From assembly GCA_043809245.1 (NCBI GenBank), contig JAZDDZ010000015.1, positions 1-18,244 on the forward strand: a DNA stretch of 18,244 bases. The letters run 5' to 3'. Made by a program: the position numbers and the translations under genes. Each line of letters opens with the position of its first letter. Position 1 is the stretch's first letter. The stretch comes from Candidatus Iainarchaeum sp. (lineage in GTDB: Archaea; Iainarchaeota; Iainarchaeia; Iainarchaeales; JAZDDZ01). Shown piece by piece: positions 1-7,993 of this stretch. The notes beneath the pieces were generated by a model, which worked only from the letters and a program-made list of their open reading frames with translations, ran no database searches and had not been told where the DNA came from.

Positions 1-2
1 AA

Positions 3-125
3 ATCACCAACGCAGCAAGCGAAGCATTCAACAACAAAATCGGTCTACTGAAAAGACGAGCATACGGTTACAAGGACTTGGAATACTTCAAACTCAAAAT
101 CATAAACTCATGCTGGAGGTCCTAA
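3..125 (+). CDS. ISL3-family transposase, partial (C-terminal 40 aa)
   Basis: Manual translation gives ITNAASEAFNNKIGLLKRRAYGYKDLEYFKLKIINSCWRS*, matching the ISL3 TN..EG.N.KIK..KR.AYG motif with the catalytic Glu. Stop TAA at 123-125. Confidence 0.9.
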   Translation: MTNAASEAFNNKIGLLKRRAYGYKDLEYFKLKIINSCWRS

Positions 126-140
126 ATATGCAGAAGAGCC
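120..140 (-). repeat. ISL3 right terminal inverted repeat (IRR)
   Basis: Reverse complement GGCTCTTCTGCATATTTAGGA is 17/21 identical to 18107-18127. Confidence 0.85.
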
Positions 141-147
141 AGTTATC

Positions 148-170
148 TTTAAATTCCCAAATAACCTAAT
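148..170 (+). promoter_or_regulatory. Putative TATA box (TTTAAATT, 148-155) and CTAAT element (166-170) for the methyltransferase gene
   Basis: AT-rich box 22-29 nt before ATG 177, with no Shine-Dalgarno sequence, consistent with a leaderless transcript. Confidence 0.5.
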
Positions 171-176
171 TTTTTC

Positions 177-1097
177 ATGGCTGCAGAAAGAAGGCGCAGT
201 TTGCAGGATATAACCCGCAGGTTGGGGGATAAATATAATTCAACCCGTAGAAAAGCATCCGCTTTTGTGATGAAAAAAAGGGCAGGGCTTGTAGAAAAAA
301 TTGCAGAGCTTCCGTTTATTCGCGAAAAAATAGTTGCTGCGCGTACTAAGGCAGCGAATAAACTACGCGTGGGCATAGCTAAAGCAAAAACATTTGAGGA
401 GTATGCCCGCCTGCGTTTCCACAAGCAATACTTTAGGGAAAAGTTTGACCCGAGAAGTAATTCAAAGTTATTGGCAAGGAACTCGGTTTACGGTACGGCT
501 GAAGGCAGGGACCCAAAAAAAAGGATAAAGGCGATGACTCTTTCTTACTATTATTCTGAGAACCCGGAGGTAATGATTAATAATCACGGTCTTGTGGGAA
601 ACGTGCTTAAGCAAATTGAAAAAGAAAATACTGGCGCGATTTATGCCGCAAGCATTGGTGCTGGGGAATTGTCCCATGAAGTCTGGTTCAAGAAAGAGCA
701 CCCGCGGCTGGCAATCCACGCAGTTGATCCATACAATGAAATAAGGCGCCGTGGAATGCGTACGATGGAACTTGTTAACCAGAAAGTTGATTACTTCGGA
801 GAAGGCAATTTTTCTAATCCAGATCTCCCGAGGGCTAAATATGATTTGGTGTATTCCTTTGATGCATTTCACTGGGTGGAAGGCACAGCGGCGCAAAAAG
901 AGGCATTGGACAAAATGTGCAGCCTTGTCCAAAAAGGCGGTCACCTTGTCATTTCTTACATTCCCAATTACAGCGGGGTAGAAAATCCAATGCCGCCGAA
1001 GGTAATAGAGAGCTATGTTGCCTCAAAAGGGTTTGCTTTTGGATCATTGCAGGATATAGGCCATGCTAGAACAGGTTTGCATTTCGTGAAAAAATAG
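177..1097 (+). CDS. Class I SAM-dependent methyltransferase-like protein with long basic N-terminal region
   Basis: C-terminal half has ASIGAGE (degenerate motif I), IHAVDP (motif II), YDLVYSFDAFHWV and LVQKGGHLVISY. The N-terminal ~120 aa are K/R-rich with no recognisable domain. Confidence 0.75.
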   Translation: MAAERRRSLQDITRRLGDKYNSTRRKASAFVMKKRAGLVEKIAELPFIREKIVAARTKAANKLRVGIAKAKTFEEYARLRFHKQYFREKFDPRSNSKLLARNSVYGTAEGRDPKKRIKAMTLSYYYSENPEVMINNHGLVGNVLKQIEKENTGAIYAASIGAGELSHEVWFKKEHPRLAIHAVDPYNEIRRRGMRTMELVNQKVDYFGEGNFSNPDLPRAKYDLVYSFDAFHWVEGTAAQKEALDKMCSLVQKGGHLVISYIPNYSGVENPMPPKVIESYVASKGFAFGSLQDIGHARTGLHFVKK

Positions 1098-1113
1098 TCA
1101 ATGCACCGATTTC

Positions 1114-1145
1114 TTTAAAAATGCTTTGCATTGCATTGTATTGCG
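1114..1145 (+). promoter_or_regulatory. TATA box plus four tandem TTG(C/T)(A/G) pentamers, probable RHH operator
   Basis: TTTAAAAA at 1114-1121, then TTGCA-TTGCA-TTGTA-TTGCG at 1126-1145, running into the GTG start. Confidence 0.55.
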
Positions 1146-1441
1146 TGGAGAATGTGTGTTTGAGGCTGGATTCTGCGCTTGCCAAGCAGATTGAGAAGGA
1201 CATGAAGGAATTCAAGTATTCCACGAAAACCGAGTTCATCCGCGAGGCAGTGCGGGGCAAGCTTAAAGAGCATGAAAGGGAGCGGTCTGAGAAGGCCTGG
1301 GCTGCGCTGTTCGCCGCTAGAGGAATACTGAAAGGAAAGGTGCCAGCGCGAACCAAAGAGGAAGAGGAAGCGCTTGAGAAAAAAATTGATTTGCAAATGA
1401 GGCGGCACTACGAAAAAAAATTCGGAATCAAGTTAACCTGA
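1145..1441 (+). CDS. Ribbon-helix-helix (CopG-like) protein, probable VapB-type antitoxin
   Basis: ENVCLRLDSALAKQIEKDMKEFKYSTKTEFIREAVRGKL fits the RHH pattern. GTG 1145 is preferred over ATG 1121 because of TATA spacing. Confidence 0.8.
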   Translation: MENVCLRLDSALAKQIEKDMKEFKYSTKTEFIREAVRGKLKEHERERSEKAWAALFAARGILKGKVPARTKEEEEALEKKIDLQMRRHYEKKFGIKLT

Positions 1442-1856
1442 TGTCCTCTGGTTTTTTCACTTCAACCAATGATTCAAGAAAGTCAAAGAAGTGCCTGTCT
1501 CTGGCTACCAGAACGGCATTATTGTCCCTTGCTAGACTTGCATGAAGAACGTCCTTGAAAGGGGCTATCTTGCCTCTTTTTAGCCATTCTTTCCTTGCTT
1601 CCGATACCTGCAGGGCATTGGCGGCCACTTTTCGGATTATTTCTTCGAACGGGTGAAATATTTCCCGCACCTGTTCTTTTGAGAGCCCTGCTTCCAATTC
1701 TCCAATAACTGTATCAGAAACAAGAAGCTCTGCACCGGATTCTAGACATTTTCTAAAAAACTGAAAAGCGAATTCACCCAAAGGCCTCAAGCCATCGCTT
1801 CTGTCCTCAAAGTAATCCCGCCAGATTGCCGTGTCCAGGTAAAACTTTTTAGCCAT
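1428..1856 (-). CDS. vapC: PIN-domain ribonuclease (VapC-type toxin)
   Basis: FYLDTAIW, VSDTVIGEL, KDVLHASLA and LVARDRHF carry the PIN acidic tetrad. Confidence 0.88.
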   Translation of the reverse strand: MAKKFYLDTAIWRDYFEDRSDGLRPLGEFAFQFFRKCLESGAELLVSDTVIGELEAGLSKEQVREIFHPFEEIIRKVAANALQVSEARKEWLKRGKIAPFKDVLHASLARDNNAVLVARDRHFFDFLESLVEVKKPEDIRLT

Positions 1857-1876
1857 GCGAAATTACTGCTGAAATA

Positions 1877-1894
1877 AGCGGTTTTTAAACCGCT
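1877..1894. promoter_or_regulatory. Inverted repeat AGCGGTTT-TT-AAACCGCT overlapping the minus-strand TATA box of the PIN gene
   Basis: Perfect 8-bp arms. The minus strand reads TTTAAAAA at 1889-1882, 26-33 nt upstream of ATG 1856. Confidence 0.55.
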
Positions 1895-1925
1895 CAAAGG
1901 AGTGCGTTGCCGGTGCAAATGCCAA

Positions 1926-2435
1926 TTATTTAGTCCAGCTTTTTCCAGTGAGCCTGTTTTTTAGGATTCTTTTTCCATAAATAATGTACGCTTTATTTTT
2001 GCTTTTCTTCCACATTTTATAAAATTTTCTGTATTCCTCGTAAAATTGTTCATCAGTGGGGGGGAAAGGATGGCAGGCATAAAATATGCCGCCTAACCCC
2101 GGCCCCATTTCCTTGTAAATTTCCTTGATTTCAGCAGGGCAGCCCTTGTATTCCTGGCGGTGCACTGGCCGCATGCCGACGGGGATTAAATCGCCTTTCA
2201 ATAAGCTTATTATCTGGGGGAGTTCATCTGCGTGAATTTTTCTGAGAAGTTTGCCGAAAAGCGTAACCCTTCCATCATGTGAATTGAATCTGTTTGACCC
2301 GCGGTGGTTTTCTGTAAACTCCTTGTGCGCGCCTCTTTTCATTGTCCTGATTTTTTTTACAATTATGGGCTTGCCGCCTTTCCCAACGCGCACAGATGTG
2401 TGAAAAAAGAATGTGTCTTTGAAAAGCTTAACCAT
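1926..2435 (-). CDS. Divergent phosphoglycosyl transferase (PglC/WbaP/WcaJ catalytic domain) without membrane helix
   Basis: RVGKGGKP, KKIRTM, RVTLFGKLLRK, ADELPQ, KGDLIPVGMRP and GPGLGG align with the bacterial sugar transferase consensus. No hydrophobic N-terminal segment. Confidence 0.8.
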   Translation of the reverse strand: MVKLFKDTFFFHTSVRVGKGGKPIIVKKIRTMKRGAHKEFTENHRGSNRFNSHDGRVTLFGKLLRKIHADELPQIISLLKGDLIPVGMRPVHRQEYKGCPAEIKEIYKEMGPGLGGIFYACHPFPPTDEQFYEEYRKFYKMWKKSKNKAYIIYGKRILKNRLTGKSWTK

Positions 2436-2518
2436 GAAAGAAGGATTGTCTCTTGCTTAATATAAATATTGCGCCGCTTTGAGTATGCTTTTTAATTGTT
2501 TTTTGCTTTTTCTTCTTT

Positions 2519-2998
2519 ATGAACCGCGCCAATTTCCTGAAATTAATCGCCTGCATTGCCTTGTGCGAATTAGCAGGAGTAATCGGCTCGGTTTTCACTT
2601 TTCCTTCAATCGCTTCATGGTATGCTGCGCTGAACAAGCCTTTTTTTTCCCCTCCGAACTTTGTTTTCGGTCCTGTGTGGACAGCGCTTTACTTTCTGAT
2701 GGGAGTAGCGCTTTACCTTGTCTGGGTTAAAGCAACTGATGCAAAGCTTAAGCAGCCGGCGTACACTGTGTTCGCCCTGCAGTTGTTCCTCAATGTTTTA
2801 TGGTCAGTTGTTTTCTTCGGCCTGCATTCGCTTTCAGGCGGCTTCGCAGTGATAATCCTTTTATGGCTTTCAATCGCGGCAACAATTTACTTTTTTTCAA
2901 AAATCTCAAAAAAAGCCGCGTGGCTGCTTTCCCCATACCTTGCATGGGTAACGGTTGCCTCCGCGCTGAATTACGCGGTTATGGCGCTTAACCCCTGA
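2519..2998 (+). CDS. tspO: TspO/MBR tryptophan-rich sensory protein
   Basis: WYAALNKPFFSPPNFVFGPVWTALY, QLFLNVLWSVVFFG and PYLAWVTVASALN motifs, with five hydrophobic helices. Confidence 0.95.
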   Translation: MNRANFLKLIACIALCELAGVIGSVFTFPSIASWYAALNKPFFSPPNFVFGPVWTALYFLMGVALYLVWVKATDAKLKQPAYTVFALQLFLNVLWSVVFFGLHSLSGGFAVIILLWLSIAATIYFFSKISKKAAWLLSPYLAWVTVASALNYAVMALNP

Positions 2999-3022
2999 AC
3001 CCTGCAAAGCCCACCGAAACCC

Positions 3023-3085
3023 TTTAAATAATTTTAATTCCTTTATCTAATCGCTTTTTCCTTTGGGAGAAAGCGGTGGGAGTGG
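3023..3085 (+). promoter_or_regulatory. glyA-operon promoter and leader: TATA box, 12-bp hairpin, Shine-Dalgarno-like sequence
   Basis: TTTAAATA at 3023-3030. 3050-3061 pairs with 3066-3077 around a UUUG loop. GGGAGTGG at 3078-3085 precedes GTG 3091. Confidence 0.5.
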
Positions 3086-3090
3086 TTTGC

Positions 3091-4332
3091 GTGCACTTTG
3101 ATTCTTTATCCAAAGAGGACCCGGAACTGAACAAATTCATTGAATGTGAAACAAAAAGGCAGGAGGAAGGCATTGAACTGATTGCCTCAGAGAACTATGT
3201 TAGTCGTGCTGTCCTTGAAGCAATAGGAACTGTTTTGACAAACAAGTACTCGGAGGGATACCCTGGCAAAAGGTATTATGCTGGAAACGAATGCATTGAT
3301 TTGGTTGAATCGCTTGCAATTGAAAGGGCAAAAAAATTGTTCAACGCAGAGCACGCGAACGTTCAGCCTTTAAGCGGTTCCCCTGCAAACCAGGCAGTTT
3401 ACTTTGCGTTCATGGAATGGGGCGGAAAATTCATGGGAATGGACCTCTCAATGGGAGGCCACTTGACGCACGGCTCAAAGGTTAATTTTTCCGGAAAATT
3501 TTACACGCCAATCCCTTACGGCGTTGACAAGGAAACGGAAACCATTGACATGGATGAAATCAGAAAAATTGCGTTAAAGGAAAAGCCGAAAATGATTCTC
3601 TCAGGTTATACTGCATATCCGAGGGCAATTGACTTCAAGGAATTCAGGGGCATCTGCGACGAAGTCGGCGCAATCTGCTGGGCAGACATCGCGCACATTG
3701 CGGGCTTATGCGCTTCAGGCGTGCACGAAAACCCAGTGCCATACTTTGATGTCGTAACTACAACAACCCACAAGACTTTGCGCGGGCCGAGAAGCGCGAT
3801 GATTTTATGCAAAAAAGAGCACGCGGAAAAAATAGACAAAGCCGTGTTTCCAGGCTTGCAGGGAGGGCCGCACAACCACATTAACGCAGCGAAAGCGGTT
3901 TGCTTCAAGGAGGCAATGGAGCCCAAGTTCAAGGACTACTCAAAGCAAATAGTGAAAAACGCAAGGGCCTTAGGCGATGGGTTAATGGCGCAGGGCATCA
4001 GGCTTGTGTCTGGAGGCACAGACAACCATCTTCTTTTGCTTGACCTCACAAAAAGCGGAGTGAGGGCAAAGCACGCAGTGGAGCAATTGAACAAGGCAGG
4101 CATTTGCGCGAACAAGAACACTATCCCCTATGATTCCGGCACCCCTTGGGACCCGAATGGAATAAGGATGGGAACCCCCGCAATAACCACACGCGGCATG
4201 AAGGAAGGGGAAATGAAGCAGATTGCGCAGTGGATTGCCAAAATAATCGGAAGCCCGGATGACGGCGCGCTGATTGAAAAAACGCATAAGGAAGTTAAAG
4301 CCTTGTGCGCACAATTTCCAATATATAAGTGA
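3091..4332 (+). CDS. glyA: Serine hydroxymethyltransferase (bacterial type)
   Basis: IELIASENY, NKYSEGYPGKRYYAG, GGHLTHG, TTTTHKTLRGPR (PLP lysine) and GIRMGTPAITTRG. Start is GTG 3091 or 3076. Confidence 0.98.
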   Translation: MHFDSLSKEDPELNKFIECETKRQEEGIELIASENYVSRAVLEAIGTVLTNKYSEGYPGKRYYAGNECIDLVESLAIERAKKLFNAEHANVQPLSGSPANQAVYFAFMEWGGKFMGMDLSMGGHLTHGSKVNFSGKFYTPIPYGVDKETETIDMDEIRKIALKEKPKMILSGYTAYPRAIDFKEFRGICDEVGAICWADIAHIAGLCASGVHENPVPYFDVVTTTTHKTLRGPRSAMILCKKEHAEKIDKAVFPGLQGGPHNHINAAKAVCFKEAMEPKFKDYSKQIVKNARALGDGLMAQGIRLVSGGTDNHLLLLDLTKSGVRAKHAVEQLNKAGICANKNTIPYDSGTPWDPNGIRMGTPAITTRGMKEGEMKQIAQWIAKIIGSPDDGALIEKTHKEVKALCAQFPIYK

Positions 4333-4355
4333 GCCCCCAAAGAAGTGAGGACTTG

Positions 4356-5213
4356 ATGCTGGGAAAAATCCTTGACGGAACTGCTTTAGCGGAAAAAATC
4401 TACAAAAAAGTAGCAGAAGACGTGAAAAAGTTGAGGGAAAAAGGCATTAACCCCTGCCTTGCAGTTGTTCAGGTTGGAAGCGTTGCGGCCTCAAATGTTT
4501 ACGTGAAAAAAAAACAGGAAGCCTGCGCGAAAACAGGACTGGTTTTCAGAAAAATAGGCCTTCAGGAGCCCATTTCCGAGGCAAAACTCATTGGAATTGT
4601 GGATGAATTAAACAACGATGAAAGCGTTAACGGCATCATAGTGCAGTTGCCTTTGCCGAAAAACATTGATGAAACAAAAATAATGCGCACAATCAATCCA
4701 ATGAAGGACGCTGACGGCTTTCACCCGACAAACATCGGCAAAATGTTCATTAACCGCGAATTCCTTTTGCCTGCAACACCAAAAGGCGTCATTGAATTGC
4801 TTGAAGGCAACTCAGTGAAAATAGAGGGCGAAGAGGTCTGCGTTGTGGGCAGAAGCAACGTGGTCGGAAAACCCCTTGCGGTTTTGTTCATGAACCGAAA
4901 TGCAACTGTGACAGTCTGCCACAAGCTCACAAAAGACTTGAAAGCGCATACAATTAACGCTGACATCATTGCGGTTGCAGTGGGAAAGCCAAAGCTCATA
5001 ACCGCGGATATGGTGAAGGAAGGCGTGGTGGTGGTTGATATAGGCATTAACCGCCTTCCGAATGGAAAGCTTTGCGGTGACGTTGACTTCGATGGAGTGA
5101 AAAAAAAGGCCTCGCTGATTACGCCTGTTCCAGGGGGCGCAGGGCCAATGACTGTTGCCTCATTGCTTGAAAACGTTGTCATTGCCGCAAAAAAACAGAA
5201 TGGAGTGGACTGA
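4356..5213 (+). CDS. folD: Bifunctional methylene-THF dehydrogenase/methenyl-THF cyclohydrolase
   Basis: KILDG, GIIVQLPLP, KDADGFHP, VVGRSNVVGKP, GDVDF and TPVPGGAGPMTVA. ATG 4356 follows GTGAGG. Confidence 0.97.
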   Translation: MLGKILDGTALAEKIYKKVAEDVKKLREKGINPCLAVVQVGSVAASNVYVKKKQEACAKTGLVFRKIGLQEPISEAKLIGIVDELNNDESVNGIIVQLPLPKNIDETKIMRTINPMKDADGFHPTNIGKMFINREFLLPATPKGVIELLEGNSVKIEGEEVCVVGRSNVVGKPLAVLFMNRNATVTVCHKLTKDLKAHTINADIIAVAVGKPKLITADMVKEGVVVVDIGINRLPNGKLCGDVDFDGVKKKASLITPVPGGAGPMTVASLLENVVIAAKKQNGVD

Positions 5214-5214
5214 A

Positions 5215-5835
5215 ATGAAAAAACTGCGCATTGCTGTTTTGGGGAGCACGAATGGAAGCGACCTTCCAGCTATAATTGATGCAGTTAAGCGCGGGGAACT
5301 GAACGCGGAAATCGTTGCGGTGATAAGCAACAAACAGGATGCAGGCATTCTTGGAAAGGCCCGCGCCGCGGGCATTGAGGCCTTATTCATTGACGCGAAG
5401 CAATTTGATTCAAGGGAAAAATTTGATGAAAAAATCGTTCAGGAACTGAAGAAAAGGAAAACAGAGCTTGTTCTTCTCATTGGTTATATGAAAATAGTTA
5501 CTCCAATTTTTGTTCACGCGTTTGAAAACCGCATAATGAACATTCATCCCTCGCTTTTGCCCGCGTTTGCAGGGGGAATGGACAAGGATGTTCACTCCGA
5601 AGTCCTTAATGCGGGTGTTAGTGTGACTGGCTGCACCCTGCATTTTGTCACGGAAGAGGTTGACGCCGGCCCGGTCATTCTGCAGAAAGCCGTTAAAATT
5701 GAGAATAACGACACTGTTGATTCTTTGAAGGAAAAGGTCCAGAAAGCGGAGCAGGAAATAATAATCAAAGCAATTAAATTGTTTTCTGAGGGAAAAATCC
5801 ATGTGAAGAAAGGCAAGGTGGAAATAGATGGGTGA
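5215..5835 (+). CDS. purN: Phosphoribosylglycinamide formyltransferase (folate-dependent)
   Basis: IAVLGSTNGSDL, MNIHPSLLPAF, TGCTLHFVTEEVDAGPVILQ. ATG 5215 is 1 nt after the folD stop. Confidence 0.96.
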   Translation: MKKLRIAVLGSTNGSDLPAIIDAVKRGELNAEIVAVISNKQDAGILGKARAAGIEALFIDAKQFDSREKFDEKIVQELKKRKTELVLLIGYMKIVTPIFVHAFENRIMNIHPSLLPAFAGGMDKDVHSEVLNAGVSVTGCTLHFVTEEVDAGPVILQKAVKIENNDTVDSLKEKVQKAEQEIIIKAIKLFSEGKIHVKKGKVEIDG

Positions 5836-7378
5836 GAGAAAAAGGGCGCTGATTTCTGTTTCCGACAAAACAGGTTTGGCTGATTTCGCGAAAGGCCTTG
5901 AAAAAGAGGGCTTTGAAATTATTTCCACAGGCGGAACGTTCAAGGCATTGAAGGAAGCGGGAGTGAAAGTAAAAGAGGTTTCAGATGTAACTGGTTTTCC
6001 GGAAATGCTTGACGGCAGGGTCAAGACCCTGCACCCGTTTATCCACGCTGGCATTCTTGCCTTGCGCTCCAGCAAGGAGCACATGCAGAAATTAAAGGAG
6101 CACAAAATTGTGCCGATTGATTTGGTTTGCGTTAACTTATACCCTTTCCGTGAAACAATTTCAAAAAAGGATGTTTCAATTGAGCACGCGATTGAAAACA
6201 TTGACATCGGCGGCCCCACAATGATAAGGGCTGCTGCAAAGAATTATCAGGATGTCGCTGTTGTCGTGAATCCGGCACAATATGGGAAAATCCTTCAGGA
6301 ACTGAATGAGAAGAAAAGCATTTCCCTTGAAACGAAAATGCTTTTGGCGAAAGAGGCTTTTGAGCACACGGCGTTTTACGATTCAATGGTCTCCGGCTTT
6401 TTGCGGGAAAAATTTTCATGCGAAAAATATCCAAAGCAGCTTTCCCTTGGCTTTGAAAAAATGCAGGACTGCCGTTATGGAGAAAACCCCCATCAGTCTT
6501 CCGCGGTTTACCGCGAACCCATTGTGGAAGAGCCGTGCATTTCCAATGCAAAGCAATTGCAGGGAAAAGAACTGAGCTTCAACAACTTCAACGACGCGAA
6601 CGGGGCAATAGAGTTATGCAAGGAATTTGAAGGCACGGCTGTTGTAATTGCAAAGCACGCAAACCCCTGCGGGGTTTCAACCGCGAAAACTGTTTCCGAG
6701 GCATTCAAGGAAGCGCTTGAGTGCGATCCAGGGAGCGCTTTTGGCGGAATAATTGTTTTGAACCGCGAGTGCGACTTGGCAACCGCGGAACAAATTACGG
6801 CTTTCTTTAACGAGATTGTTGTAGCGCCTTCCTATGACAGGGATTCGCTTGAGGAATTCGCGAAAAAGCCAAACCTTCGCGTCCTGCAGATTGAAGGCCT
6901 GGGCAAAGGCTTTGAGGCAAAGGGAATGGATTTGAAGAAAATTGTCGGCGGCCTTTTGGTTCAGGACCGCGACCTCAAAAACGTTTCAGAAAAAGACCTG
7001 AAAGTTATTTCGGAAAAAAAGCCTTCAAAGGAGCAGATTGCTTCGCTTTTGTTTGCCTGGCGTGTCTGCAAGCACGTGAAAAGCAATTCAGTTGTCTTGG
7101 CGCAGGGCACTAAAACAGTCGGCATCGGCGCAGGGCAGATGAGCAGGATTGATTCATTGGAAATTGCAGTGAAAAAATCCTCGGGAAAAGCGAAAGGCGC
7201 TGTTCTCGCCTCAGAGGCATTCTTTCCATTCAGGGACACGATTGATGCCGCTGTAAAGGCAGGCATCAGCGCAATCATTGAAACAGGCGGAAGCGTTAGG
7301 GATCCTGAGGTCATTAAGGCTTCAAACGAGCATGGAATTCCATTGGTTTTCACTGGCGTTAGGCACTTCAAGCACTGA
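5828..7378 (+). CDS. purH: Bifunctional AICAR transformylase/IMP cyclohydrolase
   Basis: RALISVSDKTG, ISTGGT, GRVKTLHP, IDIGGPTMIRAAAKN, RYGENPHQ, KHANPCG and the TGVRHFKH C-terminus. Confidence 0.98.
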   Translation: MGERKRALISVSDKTGLADFAKGLEKEGFEIISTGGTFKALKEAGVKVKEVSDVTGFPEMLDGRVKTLHPFIHAGILALRSSKEHMQKLKEHKIVPIDLVCVNLYPFRETISKKDVSIEHAIENIDIGGPTMIRAAAKNYQDVAVVVNPAQYGKILQELNEKKSISLETKMLLAKEAFEHTAFYDSMVSGFLREKFSCEKYPKQLSLGFEKMQDCRYGENPHQSSAVYREPIVEEPCISNAKQLQGKELSFNNFNDANGAIELCKEFEGTAVVIAKHANPCGVSTAKTVSEAFKEALECDPGSAFGGIIVLNRECDLATAEQITAFFNEIVVAPSYDRDSLEEFAKKPNLRVLQIEGLGKGFEAKGMDLKKIVGGLLVQDRDLKNVSEKDLKVISEKKPSKEQIASLLFAWRVCKHVKSNSVVLAQGTKTVGIGAGQMSRIDSLEIAVKKSSGKAKGAVLASEAFFPFRDTIDAAVKAGISAIIETGGSVRDPEVIKASNEHGIPLVFTGVRHFKH

Positions 7379-7403
7379 ATTGCTGAAAAAGTGCCATTCA
7401 ACC

Positions 7404-7440
7404 TATAAAACAGTCATTTTATATATTGAATGATCATTCA
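7404..7440 (+). promoter_or_regulatory. MNT-HEPN promoter: TATA box and perfect 14-bp palindromic operator
   Basis: TATAAAA-N6-TTTTATA at 7404-7423, TTTTATATAT at 7417-7426, and the palindrome TGAATGATCATTCA at 7427-7440 just before ATG 7448. Confidence 0.6.
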
Positions 7441-7447
7441 TTGTATT

Positions 7448-7993
7448 ATGCTATTTGGCTGGAACAAGTTTATGGGCTGGCGTGTGCTTGAATTTTTTCT
7501 TGAAGGCGGCCAGAAAATTCATGCCAACCGCTTGGCCAAAGAGCTTAAATTAAGTGTTGGCACTGCGCAGAGATACCTTGTAGAGTATGAAATGGAAGGC
7601 GTGCTGGAGAAAGAAAAAACTGGGAATGTAATAAGTTTTAGGATTAATGAAACCCCTTTAACAATTGAATTAAAGAAGGCATTTATTATTTCAAAGCTTT
7701 TGCCGTTCGTTGAAGCGTTCAGGAAAGAGAACCCTTTTGTTACAACGCTTGCGCTTTACGGCAGCCATGCAAAGGGAAGCTTTGACGGAAAAAGCGATTT
7801 GGACCTGATTGCTTTAAGCCAAAGCAAAAAGCTTGGCTTGGAAACGCTTAAAAAAATTGAGCAAAAAACAGGAAAGGAGGCAAGGATTCAGGTTTTCTCC
7901 TTGGCTGAGTGGAGGAAAATGCTGCGGGAAAGAGCTGATTTCGCCGCATCAGTTGCAAAGGCAAACATTTTGCTTTATGGTGAGCCGTTATGA
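7448..7993 (+). CDS. wHTH-fused minimal nucleotidyltransferase (MNT/MntA-like antitoxin)
   Basis: N-terminal HTH (HANRLAKELKLSVGTAQRYL) and the GS-x10-DxD motif LYGSHAKGSFDGKSDLDLI. Confidence 0.88.
   Translation: MLFGWNKFMGWRVLEFFLEGGQKIHANRLAKELKLSVGTAQRYLVEYEMEGVLEKEKTGNVISFRINETPLTIELKKAFIISKLLPFVEAFRKENPFVTTLALYGSHAKGSFDGKSDLDLIALSQSKKLGLETLKKIEQKTGKEARIQVFSLAEWRKMLRERADFAASVAKANILLYGEPL

Larger units (their letters stand above)
1..140 (+). mobile_element. ISL3-family insertion sequence, right end (transposase C-terminus plus right terminal inverted repeat)
   Basis: Frame 3 encodes a typical ISL3 transposase C-terminus. The stretch ends in ...ATATGCAGAAGAGCC, whose reverse complement starts GGCTCT, the usual ISL3 terminus. 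Confidence 0.9.

Noticed and set aside
2428-2730. ORFs 2428-2637 (-) and 2479-2730 (+) as a lost N-terminus of the sugar transferase or as small genes
   Set aside because: They overlap tspO and the divergent promoter, and show no membrane helix or KR.FD motif.
2999-3090. ZMP/ZTP (pfl) or THF riboswitch upstream of glyA-folD-purN-purH
   Set aside because: The gene context would fit, but I could not find the consensus elements by eye and the leader is short. Only a simple hairpin is supported; an Rfam scan would settle it.
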